In this document: piece after piece, positions 8,590 to 18,266 of the stretch | Layout: each line of letters begins with the position of its first letter | Position numbering within the stretch: the stretch's first letter is position 1 | Program-made: the position numbers and the translations under genes | Assembly: GCA_032128875.1 (NCBI GenBank) | Contig: JAVLKG010000003.1 | Location: 760,974 to 824,973 of the forward strand | DNA: 64,000 nucleotides | Source: Candidatus Melainabacteria bacterium 17Bon1m | GTDB lineage: Bacteria > Cyanobacteriota > Vampirovibrionia > Obscuribacterales > Obscuribacteraceae | Direction: 5' to 3' | Notes under the pieces: model-generated | What the model was told of the DNA's origin: nothing | Seen by the model: only the letters and a program-made list of their open reading frames with translations | The model's database searches: none

Positions 8590-9603
8590 CTAAAGTTTTG
8601 TACCGCTGAGCCCCGCTACTACGTAGTTAATCGCCAGCGCTTGGCGAAGGCTAATACCGATCGCCGGGGCGGCGTCTGGTAGTTCGTCAACCTTCACGCC
8701 TTGTCCACGATCGAAGTGAGCCATCATGTGCATGACGTATCCGCGACCGAATGGAAACACAACTGCGAGCGCCCCGAGTTTGTCTGGGTCTTCTTGCGCT
8801 AATGCATCACTTACGGCTAAAACTTTGACTTTCTCTTTGTTGAAAATTCGAATCAAGTGACAATGAATATCCATCTTCCAGGCACCATTGGTGACGGCAT
8901 ATCGATACAGTGCAGCATGTTTTCCAACCAATGATGCTTCGTACATTCTTTGTTGATTTGTCGCACCGTTCCATGCGATGAAACCTGGGAATACGTGTTG
9001 GTTTAAGCGATCGATCATCCAGTCAGTGGTTAGTAAATAACCACCTCGGATTACAAAATCTCGAATTTTAATTCCACCGTTCCAAGATAGATTGTTTGGT
9101 CCACAGTCGATGATCACTACTTGCGCTGCGCTCAAATCATAAGAGTCGAAAGCCTTCTTGTTCATGATTTTGTATGGCACACCTAGATTGTCTAGTGTGC
9201 GTTCTGCTTGATCGTATTTGTCGGAAATGACGACTAGTCGTTCCGATTCCATAGCGCTGGTTTGCAGACTAAATTGCGGATGTGTTTGTTCTAGCCAACC
9301 TCGATAGGTTTTCGCCGGCGCCATGCTTGCACGACCTGGTAATGCCATTCGTGGTGTTTCAATTGGACCGTCAAATTGTGCACGACCTTGCAACGGAACA
9401 CGAACTGTTGAAGGCGGATTAGGAAAAAGAGATTCGATGGGAACTGGTGCTTCACTCGGATTCGGCAACGGTTGAAGTGTTGGAACTTCGTTTGTTTGCG
9501 CGATTACTGCATCAATGAAAACGCAATTGCAAATCGTTGCTGTGGCAAGAATGAAACTTGACCAGAGCTTTCTTGAAATTTGTTTGTCGCGAGTTAAATA
9601 CAT
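8590..9603 (-). CDS. Secreted protein with a Pro-rich linker and a class I glutamine-amidotransferase-like fold
   Basis: Signal peptide, P-rich stretch, YDLSAAQVVIIDC...IRDFVIRGGYLLTTDW, FGRGYVMH. Confidence 0.65.
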   Translation of the reverse strand: MYLTRDKQISRKLWSSFILATATICNCVFIDAVIAQTNEVPTLQPLPNPSEAPVPIESLFPNPPSTVRVPLQGRAQFDGPIETPRMALPGRASMAPAKTYRGWLEQTHPQFSLQTSAMESERLVVISDKYDQAERTLDNLGVPYKIMNKKAFDSYDLSAAQVVIIDCGPNNLSWNGGIKIRDFVIRGGYLLTTDWMIDRLNQHVFPGFIAWNGATNQQRMYEASLVGKHAALYRYAVTNGAWKMDIHCHLIRIFNKEKVKVLAVSDALAQEDPDKLGALAVVFPFGRGYVMHMMAHFDRGQGVKVDELPDAAPAIGISLRQALAINYVVAGLSGTKL

Positions 9604-9723
9604 GATCTCTATTATATTCTCCGCGCGCGTGTGCGAGAAACGCGAACTACAAAACTATTTGAAAATCACAACCATTGCTGTTCATTTGTGCACCGCATTT
9701 GATTCACATTTGCAAAAACACAC

Positions 9724-9751
9724 TTGCGCATTTTCGGGCGACTCGTATAAT
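9724..9751 (+). promoter_or_regulatory. Sigma70-type promoter upstream of the ABC transporter
   Basis: TTGCGC (9724-9729), 16-nt spacer, TATAAT (9746-9751). Confidence 0.5.
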
Positions 9752-9901
9752 GGTTTTACCGGTGCCGATCTTGGCGCCGATTTTTTAATCTAACAAGTTT
9801 AGGTGGATAAATGATGCGATTCCTCATCCAAATCAAGAAAGCTCGTAAGGCACTGCCTGCGACAGTTTTGCGTTTTGGACATGAGGTCATTTCAGGTAAT
9901 T

Positions 9902-11743
9902 ATGCTGATGAAAAATCCTATCGTTTATCTCCTATGGACCGGCTGGGCTTACGCCGGTAAATATCGCTCTGTAATTGTTCTCTACACCGTGATGTTCGCC
10001 TGCGCTCAGGCGATGATGCTTGCCGAGCCTTATATCATCGGCAAACTCATCAACTGCATACAGGCTGGTGTGACAGGTGTTGCAGCGGGACAAGTTCCAC
10101 GTGATCACCTAATGGATCAGGTGAAATGGTATTTGCTCATCTACTTCGTCACGCAAGTCGGGTTCTGGGTTTTCCACGGACCAGGCAGATTGCTCGAGCG
10201 GTTTGTGGCGTTCAACATGAAAGCGGCATACAAAGGCAAGTTGTTCTCGACTTTGACCAAGCTGCCGTTGAAGTGGCACAGAGAGCACCATTCCGGTGAC
10301 AGTATCGACAAGGTGAATAGAGCGTCGAACTCGTTGTTCGAGTTTTACGACACCTCTTTCGAGATCGCCTATATGTTCTTCAGGCTTATAGGCAGCATGA
10401 TCGTGCTTTGCGTGTTCATGCCGGAAGCAGGACTGATCGCAACTGTCGTGACGTCACTTGCAGTAGCTGTGATATTTGGCTTTGACAGAGTTCTTGTCAA
10501 AAACTACAGCACGCTCAACCGGTTCGAAAACTCCACTGCATCTGCGGTGCACGACTATGTCACCAATATCATCAGCGTCATCACGTTGAGGTTGGAACAT
10601 CGAGTGCATGGCGAAGTGAAGCGGAGAATGCTCTTGCCGTTGTCGCTGTTCAAATCGAACAACGCCGTCAATGAGATCAAGTGGTGCATCACAACTGTGC
10701 TCATCGCATCGATGATCGTGACGGTGTTGGGCTGGTACACAGCATCTACGGTTGGTGCCGGTAAAACCATCGAAGGCGGAACCTTCTTCACTCTCTTCGA
10801 ATACTTGAGGAGAATCGGAGATTCGTTCTATCAATTCGCTTGGATCTACGGAACTGTCGTGAGACAGGCCGCCGACGTGAAGAGCGCCGAGCCAATCGCA
10901 AACGGATTGAGTTCGCCGGATGCCGGTGAAGAAGAGCAATTCCACTTACCTAAGCAATGGGATGTGCTTGAGGTCAAGAATCTCAACTTCACCTATGAAG
11001 ACGACAAACACAGAAAACATCATCTCAAAGACATCAACTTGACCTTGAAGAAGGGATTGGCGGTGGCATTTGTAGGTGAGAGCGGCAGCGGTAAGAGCAC
11101 ATTGCTCAACCTCCTCAGAGGAACGCAAACCGCGCACTGTGCCGACGTTTTCGCTGACGGTGTTCAATTGCCTGGTGGCTTGAAGCACGTAGCTGATGCC
11201 ACCACTTTGATGCCGCAAGATCCGGAAATCTTTTCGGACACGATCGGATTCAACCTCACCTTCGGGCTTGAAGTTGATGAAGAAGAAATCCGCGAAGCTA
11301 TACGGATGGCGAGGTTCGAGCCTGTGCTCAAACGGTTGCCGAACGGACTGGAGACGAGCATTGCCGAAAAGGGTGTCAACCTTAGCGGCGGTGAGAAGCA
11401 GAGATTGGCACTCGCGAGAGGAATATTCTTCGCGAGAGACAGCGAGGTAATCTTGCTGGATGAGCCGACCTCCAGCGTCGACCCACAAAATGAAAGGGTA
11501 ATTTACGCCAACATACTTGAGGCGTTCTCTGACAGATGTGTGGTTTCGTCCTTGCACAAACTTCACCTGCTCGATATGTTCGACGTGGTCTACGTTTTCC
11601 ACAACGGTGAAATCGTTGAATATGGCGAAGTGAATGAAGTGCTTGCGCAGAACGGAAGACTATCGGAGCTGTTCAACAGCTACGAAGGTGCAACCGAGAT
11701 GACGCCGCTGATGGCAGCACAACAAGCGGCAATCGCCGGATAA
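9902..11743 (+). CDS. ABC exporter, fused permease and ATPase (ORF track start 9875; ATG 9902 or 9908 more likely)
   Basis: N-terminal TM domain, Walker A GESGSGKS, signature LSGGEKQR, Walker B ILLDE. Confidence 0.92.
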   Translation: MLMKNPIVYLLWTGWAYAGKYRSVIVLYTVMFACAQAMMLAEPYIIGKLINCIQAGVTGVAAGQVPRDHLMDQVKWYLLIYFVTQVGFWVFHGPGRLLERFVAFNMKAAYKGKLFSTLTKLPLKWHREHHSGDSIDKVNRASNSLFEFYDTSFEIAYMFFRLIGSMIVLCVFMPEAGLIATVVTSLAVAVIFGFDRVLVKNYSTLNRFENSTASAVHDYVTNIISVITLRLEHRVHGEVKRRMLLPLSLFKSNNAVNEIKWCITTVLIASMIVTVLGWYTASTVGAGKTIEGGTFFTLFEYLRRIGDSFYQFAWIYGTVVRQAADVKSAEPIANGLSSPDAGEEEQFHLPKQWDVLEVKNLNFTYEDDKHRKHHLKDINLTLKKGLAVAFVGESGSGKSTLLNLLRGTQTAHCADVFADGVQLPGGLKHVADATTLMPQDPEIFSDTIGFNLTFGLEVDEEEIREAIRMARFEPVLKRLPNGLETSIAEKGVNLSGGEKQRLALARGIFFARDSEVILLDEPTSSVDPQNERVIYANILEAFSDRCVVSSLHKLHLLDMFDVVYVFHNGEIVEYGEVNEVLAQNGRLSELFNSYEGATEMTPLMAAQQAAIAG

Positions 11744-11747
11744 ATCA

Positions 11748-11777
11748 GGGGCGGGCTTCTATGGAAGCCTGCCTTTC
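11748..11777 (+). terminator. Intrinsic terminator after the ABC gene
   Basis: ggcgggcttc-tatg-gaagcctgcc followed by ttt. Confidence 0.65.
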
Positions 11778-11938
11778 GATTGTTTCGTTCCGTCACGGAC
11801 CGGTCACGTGAATTTGATTTGATAAAGATGTGCAATCGGCCCCGGGTTGCGTATTACCCGCACGAAGATTCACGACGTGCTCACGCAGTTGTCTGTTTAC
11901 TTGAGTCAGACTTTCTGAACAGATTTTGAAAAGATTCT

Positions 11939-13423
11939 ATGTATAAATTCGACGAGCCTAGTCATTTAGAGAGCGCCAAATTCTCGAGTAGCAGCAGAGA
12001 TTTAGCCGTACCAGTTGAATCCGCGGATGTGACTTGGCTTGGTTCTGACGTTTTTTCCGCGCCGGGGCAGGACAAGGTTTCATCCGTTGTTTCGGACGCG
12101 TGGGAAAAGAAGGCTGCGTTAGATAACAGTGTTGCACCAGCTGCACCGAAAGAAGCAAATTCACTTGGTTCAGTGGCAAGATCGGCTGTGCAGACTGCAA
12201 TCAACAATCCACTGGAAACGAGTGGAACAGCCCTTTTGGCCTTGCTTGCGCTGAGATTTAAGGCACCTGTCGTGGAGGAAATGGCTCAGGCTGCGGCTGG
12301 GCTTGGGAAAACTGTGGCGCGGAGCGGTTCTGGTGTTCCCCTCGTAAGAGCCATTAGAGGATTGGCGGGAGAAACTTCGGCAATTGCTGATTCTACTTTT
12401 GTATCTCCGTGGGCTCGGGCAGCGACGAAAGAAGCTGGAGTTTTGGTTCCAGACGCGGGTGCAGTTGTCGCCAAAGGTGGAACTGTTGTTTCTGACGCTG
12501 GTACCGTGGTTGCAAAAGGCGGAGCTGCTGCAGATGAAGCAGCTGTTGTAGCGAAGGAAGTAAAACCGCCGTCTCCGCCCGATGCGCTAACCGATAAGGT
12601 GCCCGATTTTTCCGGACTGAGGTTCGACAGATTTGCGCCGAAGAAGCTCTCTCTCGATACAGCTGCTATTCCGATCATTACGGTTGATGCGTTCAAAATG
12701 GGGCAACCGTTTACGCGAGAAGCATTTAAGATAGTTCCGAAGGCTTCGGCGGAAGCCAATCTTTACCAGGGTGCGAAAGACGCTACTGTTAGAGTCTGGA
12801 GTCAAGATGGCGTAGGGTCGGGCTTCTTCGTCGACTCAAATCATATTGCTACTGCCAATCATGTGCTCAATGGTAGAACCGGGCGCGTAACTGTCGAGTT
12901 GGCGACCGGTAAGGCTGTACCGGCGCGTGTAGTGGCGAGAGAAGCACATGCTGACTGGGCGCTGCTTAGAGTTGAAGAACCGTTGAGGCACGCAAAACCG
13001 TTTGAATTTGCGCCTGCGCGCGAGGTTAAAACAGGGATGCACGGTTACTTGGTAGGGCATCCGCACGGAACAGTCGAGAAGGTTATGACCAAAGGTCGAA
13101 TTTCTCAAATGGCTGTCGATTCCAAATTAATGCTAGGCACAATCAACCATACTGCAGAATCGGTTACCGGCATGTCTGGCGCCCCACTCTTGCTAGAAAA
13201 CCGCAAGGTGTTGGGTATTCTTCGCTCTGGACCAGCCACCGGCGGGACTGCCTTTGCCGGTGAAGCTGTGCATATCCGGCATCTTAGACCTGCTCTTGAT
13301 TATGTAAGGAAGGTGGAGAATCCCAATGGTGTTGACTGGCACACCTATGCTCAGATGAGCACAAATGCGCGCGGTATCCCCAAGATTTCAATTTCCGGTC
13401 GGCGTGAGATCGGTCAAGTTTAA
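11939..13423 (+). CDS. Trypsin-like (S1C/Trypsin_2) serine protease with a long low-complexity N-terminal region
   Basis: GSGFFV, TANHV (His), DWALL (Asp), GMSGAP (Ser); DAG.VVAKGG repeats. Confidence 0.85.
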   Translation: MYKFDEPSHLESAKFSSSSRDLAVPVESADVTWLGSDVFSAPGQDKVSSVVSDAWEKKAALDNSVAPAAPKEANSLGSVARSAVQTAINNPLETSGTALLALLALRFKAPVVEEMAQAAAGLGKTVARSGSGVPLVRAIRGLAGETSAIADSTFVSPWARAATKEAGVLVPDAGAVVAKGGTVVSDAGTVVAKGGAAADEAAVVAKEVKPPSPPDALTDKVPDFSGLRFDRFAPKKLSLDTAAIPIITVDAFKMGQPFTREAFKIVPKASAEANLYQGAKDATVRVWSQDGVGSGFFVDSNHIATANHVLNGRTGRVTVELATGKAVPARVVAREAHADWALLRVEEPLRHAKPFEFAPAREVKTGMHGYLVGHPHGTVEKVMTKGRISQMAVDSKLMLGTINHTAESVTGMSGAPLLLENRKVLGILRSGPATGGTAFAGEAVHIRHLRPALDYVRKVENPNGVDWHTYAQMSTNARGIPKISISGRREIGQV

Positions 13424-13538
13424 GTTTGTAACCTGATGTGTGTTGAAGCGAAAGTCACTGGTGCCTTGGCGGCCAAGCTTTGTTTCTGTGGGCGATGATA
13501 AGGGTTCTTACTTGCCCGGCATCATATAGACTGGTTCC

Positions 13539-14840
13539 ATGGCGAACGCGGAAATCTTATCTATCGGAACCGAACTCCTTTTGGGCGAAGTTCTCGACAC
13601 CAATTCCAAATACTTCGCAACTGAGTTGGCGAAGTTGGGAATCGACTGCTATTACCGTGTCACGGTTGGCGATAACAAAGACCGCATCAAGGCGAGTTTA
13701 AAACAAGCCTTCGATCGCTCGGATATTGTTTTGACCTCTGGCGGTCTTGGTCCAACAGCAGATGATTTGACGACCGAATGCATCGCTGAGTTTTTCAAGC
13801 TGCCGATGATTATGGACGAGAAAGTGGTCGAAGAGATTGAGAAGCTCTTTGCTGAGCGCAATTTGAGCATGCCGGAGACGAATAAAAAACAAGCCATGCG
13901 ACCGCAGGGTTCGGGCGTGTTACCCAACCCAAGCGGCACTGCACCTGGGATTATGTGGGTCATTCCCGAGGATGTTCTAAAAAACGCCGGAGTTGCAGAC
14001 CCGTCAAGAAAGCGCGCAATCCTCACTTTTCCTGGGGTTCCGTCAGAGCTTGTTAATATGTGGAGCCAGTCTGGGGCTGATTTCATAGCGAAGAATTTTT
14101 TGACTGGTGCAATTTTCAGCATTGAGTTGAAACACTATGGAATCGGCGAATCAGCTCTGGCAGAGAAGTATGCGGACTTGCTCAATGGAACTTCGCCCAC
14201 GGTCGCACCTTATGCGGGAATGGGTGAGTGCCGATTGAGAGTGGCTGCAAAGGCGAGCACTGCTGAAGAAGCCCGTGCGCTTGTGATGCCGATTGCTGAG
14301 CTGATTCGTGCGGAGAGCGGTAAGCTTTGCTACGGGCAGGACGACGACACGCTTGAAGCTGTTGTTGGGCAGTTGCTTGCGCAAAATAGTCTCACCTTGT
14401 CAGTTGCAGAGTCCTGCACCGGCGGTTTGGTCAGCAAGCGGCTTACAGATATTGGCGGAAGCTCTGAATATATCAAGCTCAACGCTGTGACTTATGCCAA
14501 CGAAGCCAAAATGCAGCTTCTTGGAGTGTCGAAAGAACTGTTGGACCAGTACGGTGCCGTCAGTGACGAATGCGCCCGGGCTATGGCTGAGGGTATCGTG
14601 AAATTATCGGGCGCAGATATCGGCTTGAGTATCACCGGCATCGCTGGACCTACCGGCGGAACGCCTGATAAACCAGTCGGTACGGTCTACCTGGGGCTGT
14701 GCGCCAATGGTCAGGTAGATACAAAGAAATTGAGTCTGGGCACAAAGCTAAACCGCCAGGAGATTAGGTTTCGGACCTCGAGTGCGGCACTGAATATGGT
14801 GCGATTGCACCTCTTGGCGCGCACCCTGGTAGCTAAATAG
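13539..14840 (+). CDS. cinA: Competence/damage-inducible protein A (MoCF domain plus PncC NMN deamidase)
   Basis: IGTELLLG, GGLGPTADDLT, AESCTGG, ITGIAGPTGGTPDKPVG. Confidence 0.95.
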   Translation: MANAEILSIGTELLLGEVLDTNSKYFATELAKLGIDCYYRVTVGDNKDRIKASLKQAFDRSDIVLTSGGLGPTADDLTTECIAEFFKLPMIMDEKVVEEIEKLFAERNLSMPETNKKQAMRPQGSGVLPNPSGTAPGIMWVIPEDVLKNAGVADPSRKRAILTFPGVPSELVNMWSQSGADFIAKNFLTGAIFSIELKHYGIGESALAEKYADLLNGTSPTVAPYAGMGECRLRVAAKASTAEEARALVMPIAELIRAESGKLCYGQDDDTLEAVVGQLLAQNSLTLSVAESCTGGLVSKRLTDIGGSSEYIKLNAVTYANEAKMQLLGVSKELLDQYGAVSDECARAMAEGIVKLSGADIGLSITGIAGPTGGTPDKPVGTVYLGLCANGQVDTKKLSLGTKLNRQEIRFRTSSAALNMVRLHLLARTLVAK

Positions 14841-15016
14841 AGGTGTTGACAACATTGCGTTCTTGAGCTTGACCTGGAACTCCCGCAGGCGGTGCTATTC
14901 GGGTTGTTTAACTTAGTAGAGTTTTCTCTGTCTTTGAGATTGACTTTCTCCTCATAGGGAATAAATTTGGTGGTTAATCCCCGTGCTCCAATACTGGTGA
15001 GGAAGGCTGTTGCTTT

Positions 15017-15769
15017 ATGAGCAATAAACCGGGTCAGAATCCTGGCAACAAGAAAAACGATGAGTGGGTCATTAAGGACAATCTGTTCCATCGTCGGGTT
15101 TCTGACGTTCGCAACCAGGTGACCTGGGATTTTGATTCGACCGAGAAGGCAATCGATATCTTGCAGACCGGTGGAGCCAGCCGTTTCGGCGCCGGTGCTC
15201 AACAGCAACCGGAGTACCAGCCTCTTTCGGATGAAGAAATCGAGGCTTACGCATTTTTCGATGCGACAACACCGTGCCTGAAGTTTCAGTACATGCTGCG
15301 AATGTTGCGGCGCGAACTGAAACGTGGAAAACGTTTCAACCGCCCAATTGCGATACTCGTTGTCGCTGTAGATGGGTTTGACAATATCGTGAAGACTCAC
15401 GGTCCATCAGCCGCAGACGCAATGCTAGCTTTTGTTGGCGAACGTCTTAACGCTGTAACGCGCAGCGATATTGACCTGGCTGGTCGTTATGTTAACGAGC
15501 GCTTTTTGATTATCTTGCCGGAAACACCAGGCAAAGGCGCAACGATAGCGGCTGAGCGCCTCCGCAAAGATGTGGAAAGTTCGGTCATGCAGTGGCAGTG
15601 GCACCAGTTGCAAGTCACAGTCAGCATCGGTATCGCTCACCGTCCTGGTCACGCCGGTGAAGCTGAAGAGCTTATTGTGCAAGCGGACATGGCATGCGAA
15701 TCAGTCGAGCGCACTGGCGGAAATAACATTGCGATTGCGCAGATGACCGAATTCGTCGGCGCCGAGTAA
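15017..15769 (+). CDS. Degenerate GGDEF-domain protein
   Basis: GGDEF fold (ELKRGKRFNRP, AERLR, VTVSIGIA), but the A-site reads GRYVNERF. Confidence 0.85.
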   Translation: MSNKPGQNPGNKKNDEWVIKDNLFHRRVSDVRNQVTWDFDSTEKAIDILQTGGASRFGAGAQQQPEYQPLSDEEIEAYAFFDATTPCLKFQYMLRMLRRELKRGKRFNRPIAILVVAVDGFDNIVKTHGPSAADAMLAFVGERLNAVTRSDIDLAGRYVNERFLIILPETPGKGATIAAERLRKDVESSVMQWQWHQLQVTVSIGIAHRPGHAGEAEELIVQADMACESVERTGGNNIAIAQMTEFVGAE

Positions 15770-15781
15770 ACGTCTCATTAT

Positions 15782-15865
15782 CATACGGGAGCCGCATGGG
15801 TCTTATCGTATGGTTGCCGCATGCGGCTCCCTGGCAGGGAAGCGCATGCGCTTCCCGTACGTATG
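15782..15865. repeat. REP-like palindrome cluster between convergent genes
   Basis: Perfect palindrome gggaagcgcatgcgcttccc (15837-15856) plus gtac; gccgcatgcggc (15816-15827); partial copy tacgggagccgcatg (15784-15798). Confidence 0.65.
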
Positions 15866-15888
15866 CCGAAACAACATTGCGTCGACCG

Positions 15889-16995
15889 TTACAAAATCAA
15901 CATCGCGTCGCCGTAGCTGTAAAAACGATATCGCTTTTCCACCGCTTCTTCGTAGGCGCGCAAGATTATCTGTCTGCCTGCGAATGCGGCAACAAGCACG
16001 AGTAAACTCGAACCGCTCAAATGAAAGTTTGTTATCAAACTGTCCACGATATTGAACTTGTGTCCTGGGCGCACATACAGGCTAGTGCTGCCGTCTTCCA
16101 CAGCTTCAAGGGTGCCGCTTTTACCTGCAGTTTCTAGCGCTCGCAAACTGGTTGTGCCAACAGCAATTATGCGCGAACCGCGTTTTTTCGCCGCGTTTAC
16201 GGCTGCTGCAGTTGCCTCGGAAATGGTGTAAGTCTCAGCTTCAATTGTATGTTCGTCAACGCTTGTAGAAATCGGTTTGAACGTACCCGGCCCGACGTGC
16301 AGCGTGATTTTGTGCATCTCTATGCCTTTGGCTGCAAGTTGTTCAATCAAATCTTTGGTAAAGTGCAAACCAGCAGTCGGAGCCGCAACCGCGCCAGGGT
16401 GTTGGGCAAACACGGTTTGATATCGATCGAGATCTTTGTCTCTCTTGTGTTCTCCAATTTCTTCCGGGCTGTCTTTTTCTTGTTGAATGTAAGGTGGAAG
16501 AGGCGCATAACCAACGTCTCTTAGAATTTGAAAAACGTTTTCCCTGTCGCCTAAATCGACCAGAAGTCGCTTAAAACCATCGGGACCTGTAGTCAAATCT
16601 TTGAGTACCAGTGGATAGACCTTTCCAGAGGGCGAGTCTAGCAGTAGTTCTTCACCGATTTTAAGGCGCTTCAGCGATGTTGCCATTGCCTCCCATACTG
16701 CCGCCGATGCAGTCGTTGGCTTTAGCAGGAGCATCTTCAAATTGCCGCCGCTTTTTCTGCGCGGAAAAAGCTTTGCGGGAATAACCTGTGTATCGTTGGC
16801 TACGATTACGTCGCCGGGCTTCAAAAATTCGAGTATGTCTCTGAAATGAACGTGTTTAAAGCTATTGCCTAGGCGATCGATAACAAACAACCTGGACTCA
16901 TCACGCTTTGCCAGCGGTTCTTGGGCGATTAGTTCGGCTGGAAGGTCGAACTCGAAGTCTTTAAGCTCAAGGGTAGTTTCTTGTTTTTCCATCAC
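15889..16995 (-). CDS. queA: S-adenosylmethionine:tRNA ribosyltransferase-isomerase
   Basis: DFEFDLPAELIAQEP, PLPPYI, YQTVFA, AAPTAGLHFT, LHVGPGTF, YRFYSYGDAM. Confidence 0.97.
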   Translation of the reverse strand: MMEKQETTLELKDFEFDLPAELIAQEPLAKRDESRLFVIDRLGNSFKHVHFRDILEFLKPGDVIVANDTQVIPAKLFPRRKSGGNLKMLLLKPTTASAAVWEAMATSLKRLKIGEELLLDSPSGKVYPLVLKDLTTGPDGFKRLLVDLGDRENVFQILRDVGYAPLPPYIQQEKDSPEEIGEHKRDKDLDRYQTVFAQHPGAVAAPTAGLHFTKDLIEQLAAKGIEMHKITLHVGPGTFKPISTSVDEHTIEAETYTISEATAAAVNAAKKRGSRIIAVGTTSLRALETAGKSGTLEAVEDGSTSLYVRPGHKFNIVDSLITNFHLSGSSLLVLVAAFAGRQIILRAYEEAVEKRYRFYSYGDAMLIL

Positions 16996-17047
16996 TTATT
17001 GGTTTCTCACTCGGCTCAATATAGCCTAAGCAGGGTATTATCGAGCC

Positions 17048-18220
17048 ATGACGCCGCATCAGCTAAAAGAAGAGATCAAGCGAATAGCTTCCGAGCTCGG
17101 GTTTCAGCGTACAGTAATCGCATCGCTTGAACCCATGGAGGCTGAGCGCCAGGAATACGAGCGCTGGTTGGCGCTTGGGTACGCCGCAGGTATGGAGTAC
17201 CTGAAGCGCAATCCACATTTTAGAACATCTCCACAAATGCTGTATCCGGATGGACGTTCGGCAATCGTGGTGTCTGTAAGCTATTACACGGAGGTGCCGG
17301 AGCCGCCACCTGGCTTCTTTGGCAAGGTCGCCCGTTATGCTGTTGGGTTGGATTATCACGTTGTAATTCGCGCAAAGTTGAGAGAGCTTAATGCGCGTCT
17401 TGAGAAGATTGCCGGTCGAAAGATCCTTGCAAAGGCTTACACGGACGATGTTTCCCTGTTCGAGCAAGGGCTCGCCTCACGGCATGGTCTTGGCTTTGCA
17501 GGTCGTCACACTTTGATAATCGGTCCACAGATGATGGGCACTTACAACTTCGTTGCCGAGCTGATCACGGAGCTGGAGTTGGAAGCTGATGAGCCCTATC
17601 AAGGAACTTGCGGTAAGTGTTTTCGCTGTGGAGAAGGCTGTCCTACTGATGCCATTGCATATGGTATCGGCGTGAATGCGAACAAATGTATTTCTTATTT
17701 GACCATCGAGAACAAAGAAGCTATCCCATTGGAGCTGAGGAAACAGTTGGGCCGGTGGGTTTTTGGCTGTGACGTATGTCAGGAAGTTTGTCCGTATAAT
17801 CAAAAACCTAACCCTGCTCCGTGGGAGGAATTTTCTCCTCAAAGAGGTGCGGGTCATTATCTTGATCTCTTTTCGATCTTGGCGATGGATTCGCAGCCAG
17901 AATTCCATCAACGCTTTGTACATACACCTTTGCGGCGTCCAAAGCTGCGCGGGATGAAGCGGAATGCTCTAACAGTAGTTGGCAATATTCTTGGTGAATG
18001 CGCTGCAGTTTCTCCTACCGGCATTACTCAACAAGAGCAATTTGAAGCTGTAGATAAACTCTTCGACTTTGTCGGCTCTGAGTCTGATGAGATGCTAAAA
18101 GAGCATGCTTACTGGGCTTTGGCGCAGCATGAAGAACCAGAGACGAGAAAGAAACTTAAGCAAGTAATCGATAGAGAAGAAAATCAGTTTGTTCGATCGC
18201 TAATTGGCTCTTACGTCTAA
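17048..18220 (+). CDS. queG: Epoxyqueuosine reductase
   Basis: ARYAVGLDYH, CGKCFRCGEGCPTDA, CISYLTIE, FGCDVCQEVCPYN. Confidence 0.95.
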   Translation: MTPHQLKEEIKRIASELGFQRTVIASLEPMEAERQEYERWLALGYAAGMEYLKRNPHFRTSPQMLYPDGRSAIVVSVSYYTEVPEPPPGFFGKVARYAVGLDYHVVIRAKLRELNARLEKIAGRKILAKAYTDDVSLFEQGLASRHGLGFAGRHTLIIGPQMMGTYNFVAELITELELEADEPYQGTCGKCFRCGEGCPTDAIAYGIGVNANKCISYLTIENKEAIPLELRKQLGRWVFGCDVCQEVCPYNQKPNPAPWEEFSPQRGAGHYLDLFSILAMDSQPEFHQRFVHTPLRRPKLRGMKRNALTVVGNILGECAAVSPTGITQQEQFEAVDKLFDFVGSESDEMLKEHAYWALAQHEEPETRKKLKQVIDREENQFVRSLIGSYV

Positions 18221-18266
18221 GCTCTTATCTTCTTTGTTTTTCTGTTTTTCCCTGTTCAGCCCAGAG

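Noticed and set aside
14711..15400. 229-aa minus-strand ORF
   Set aside because: It overlaps cinA and the GGDEF gene on the opposite strand and has no motifs.
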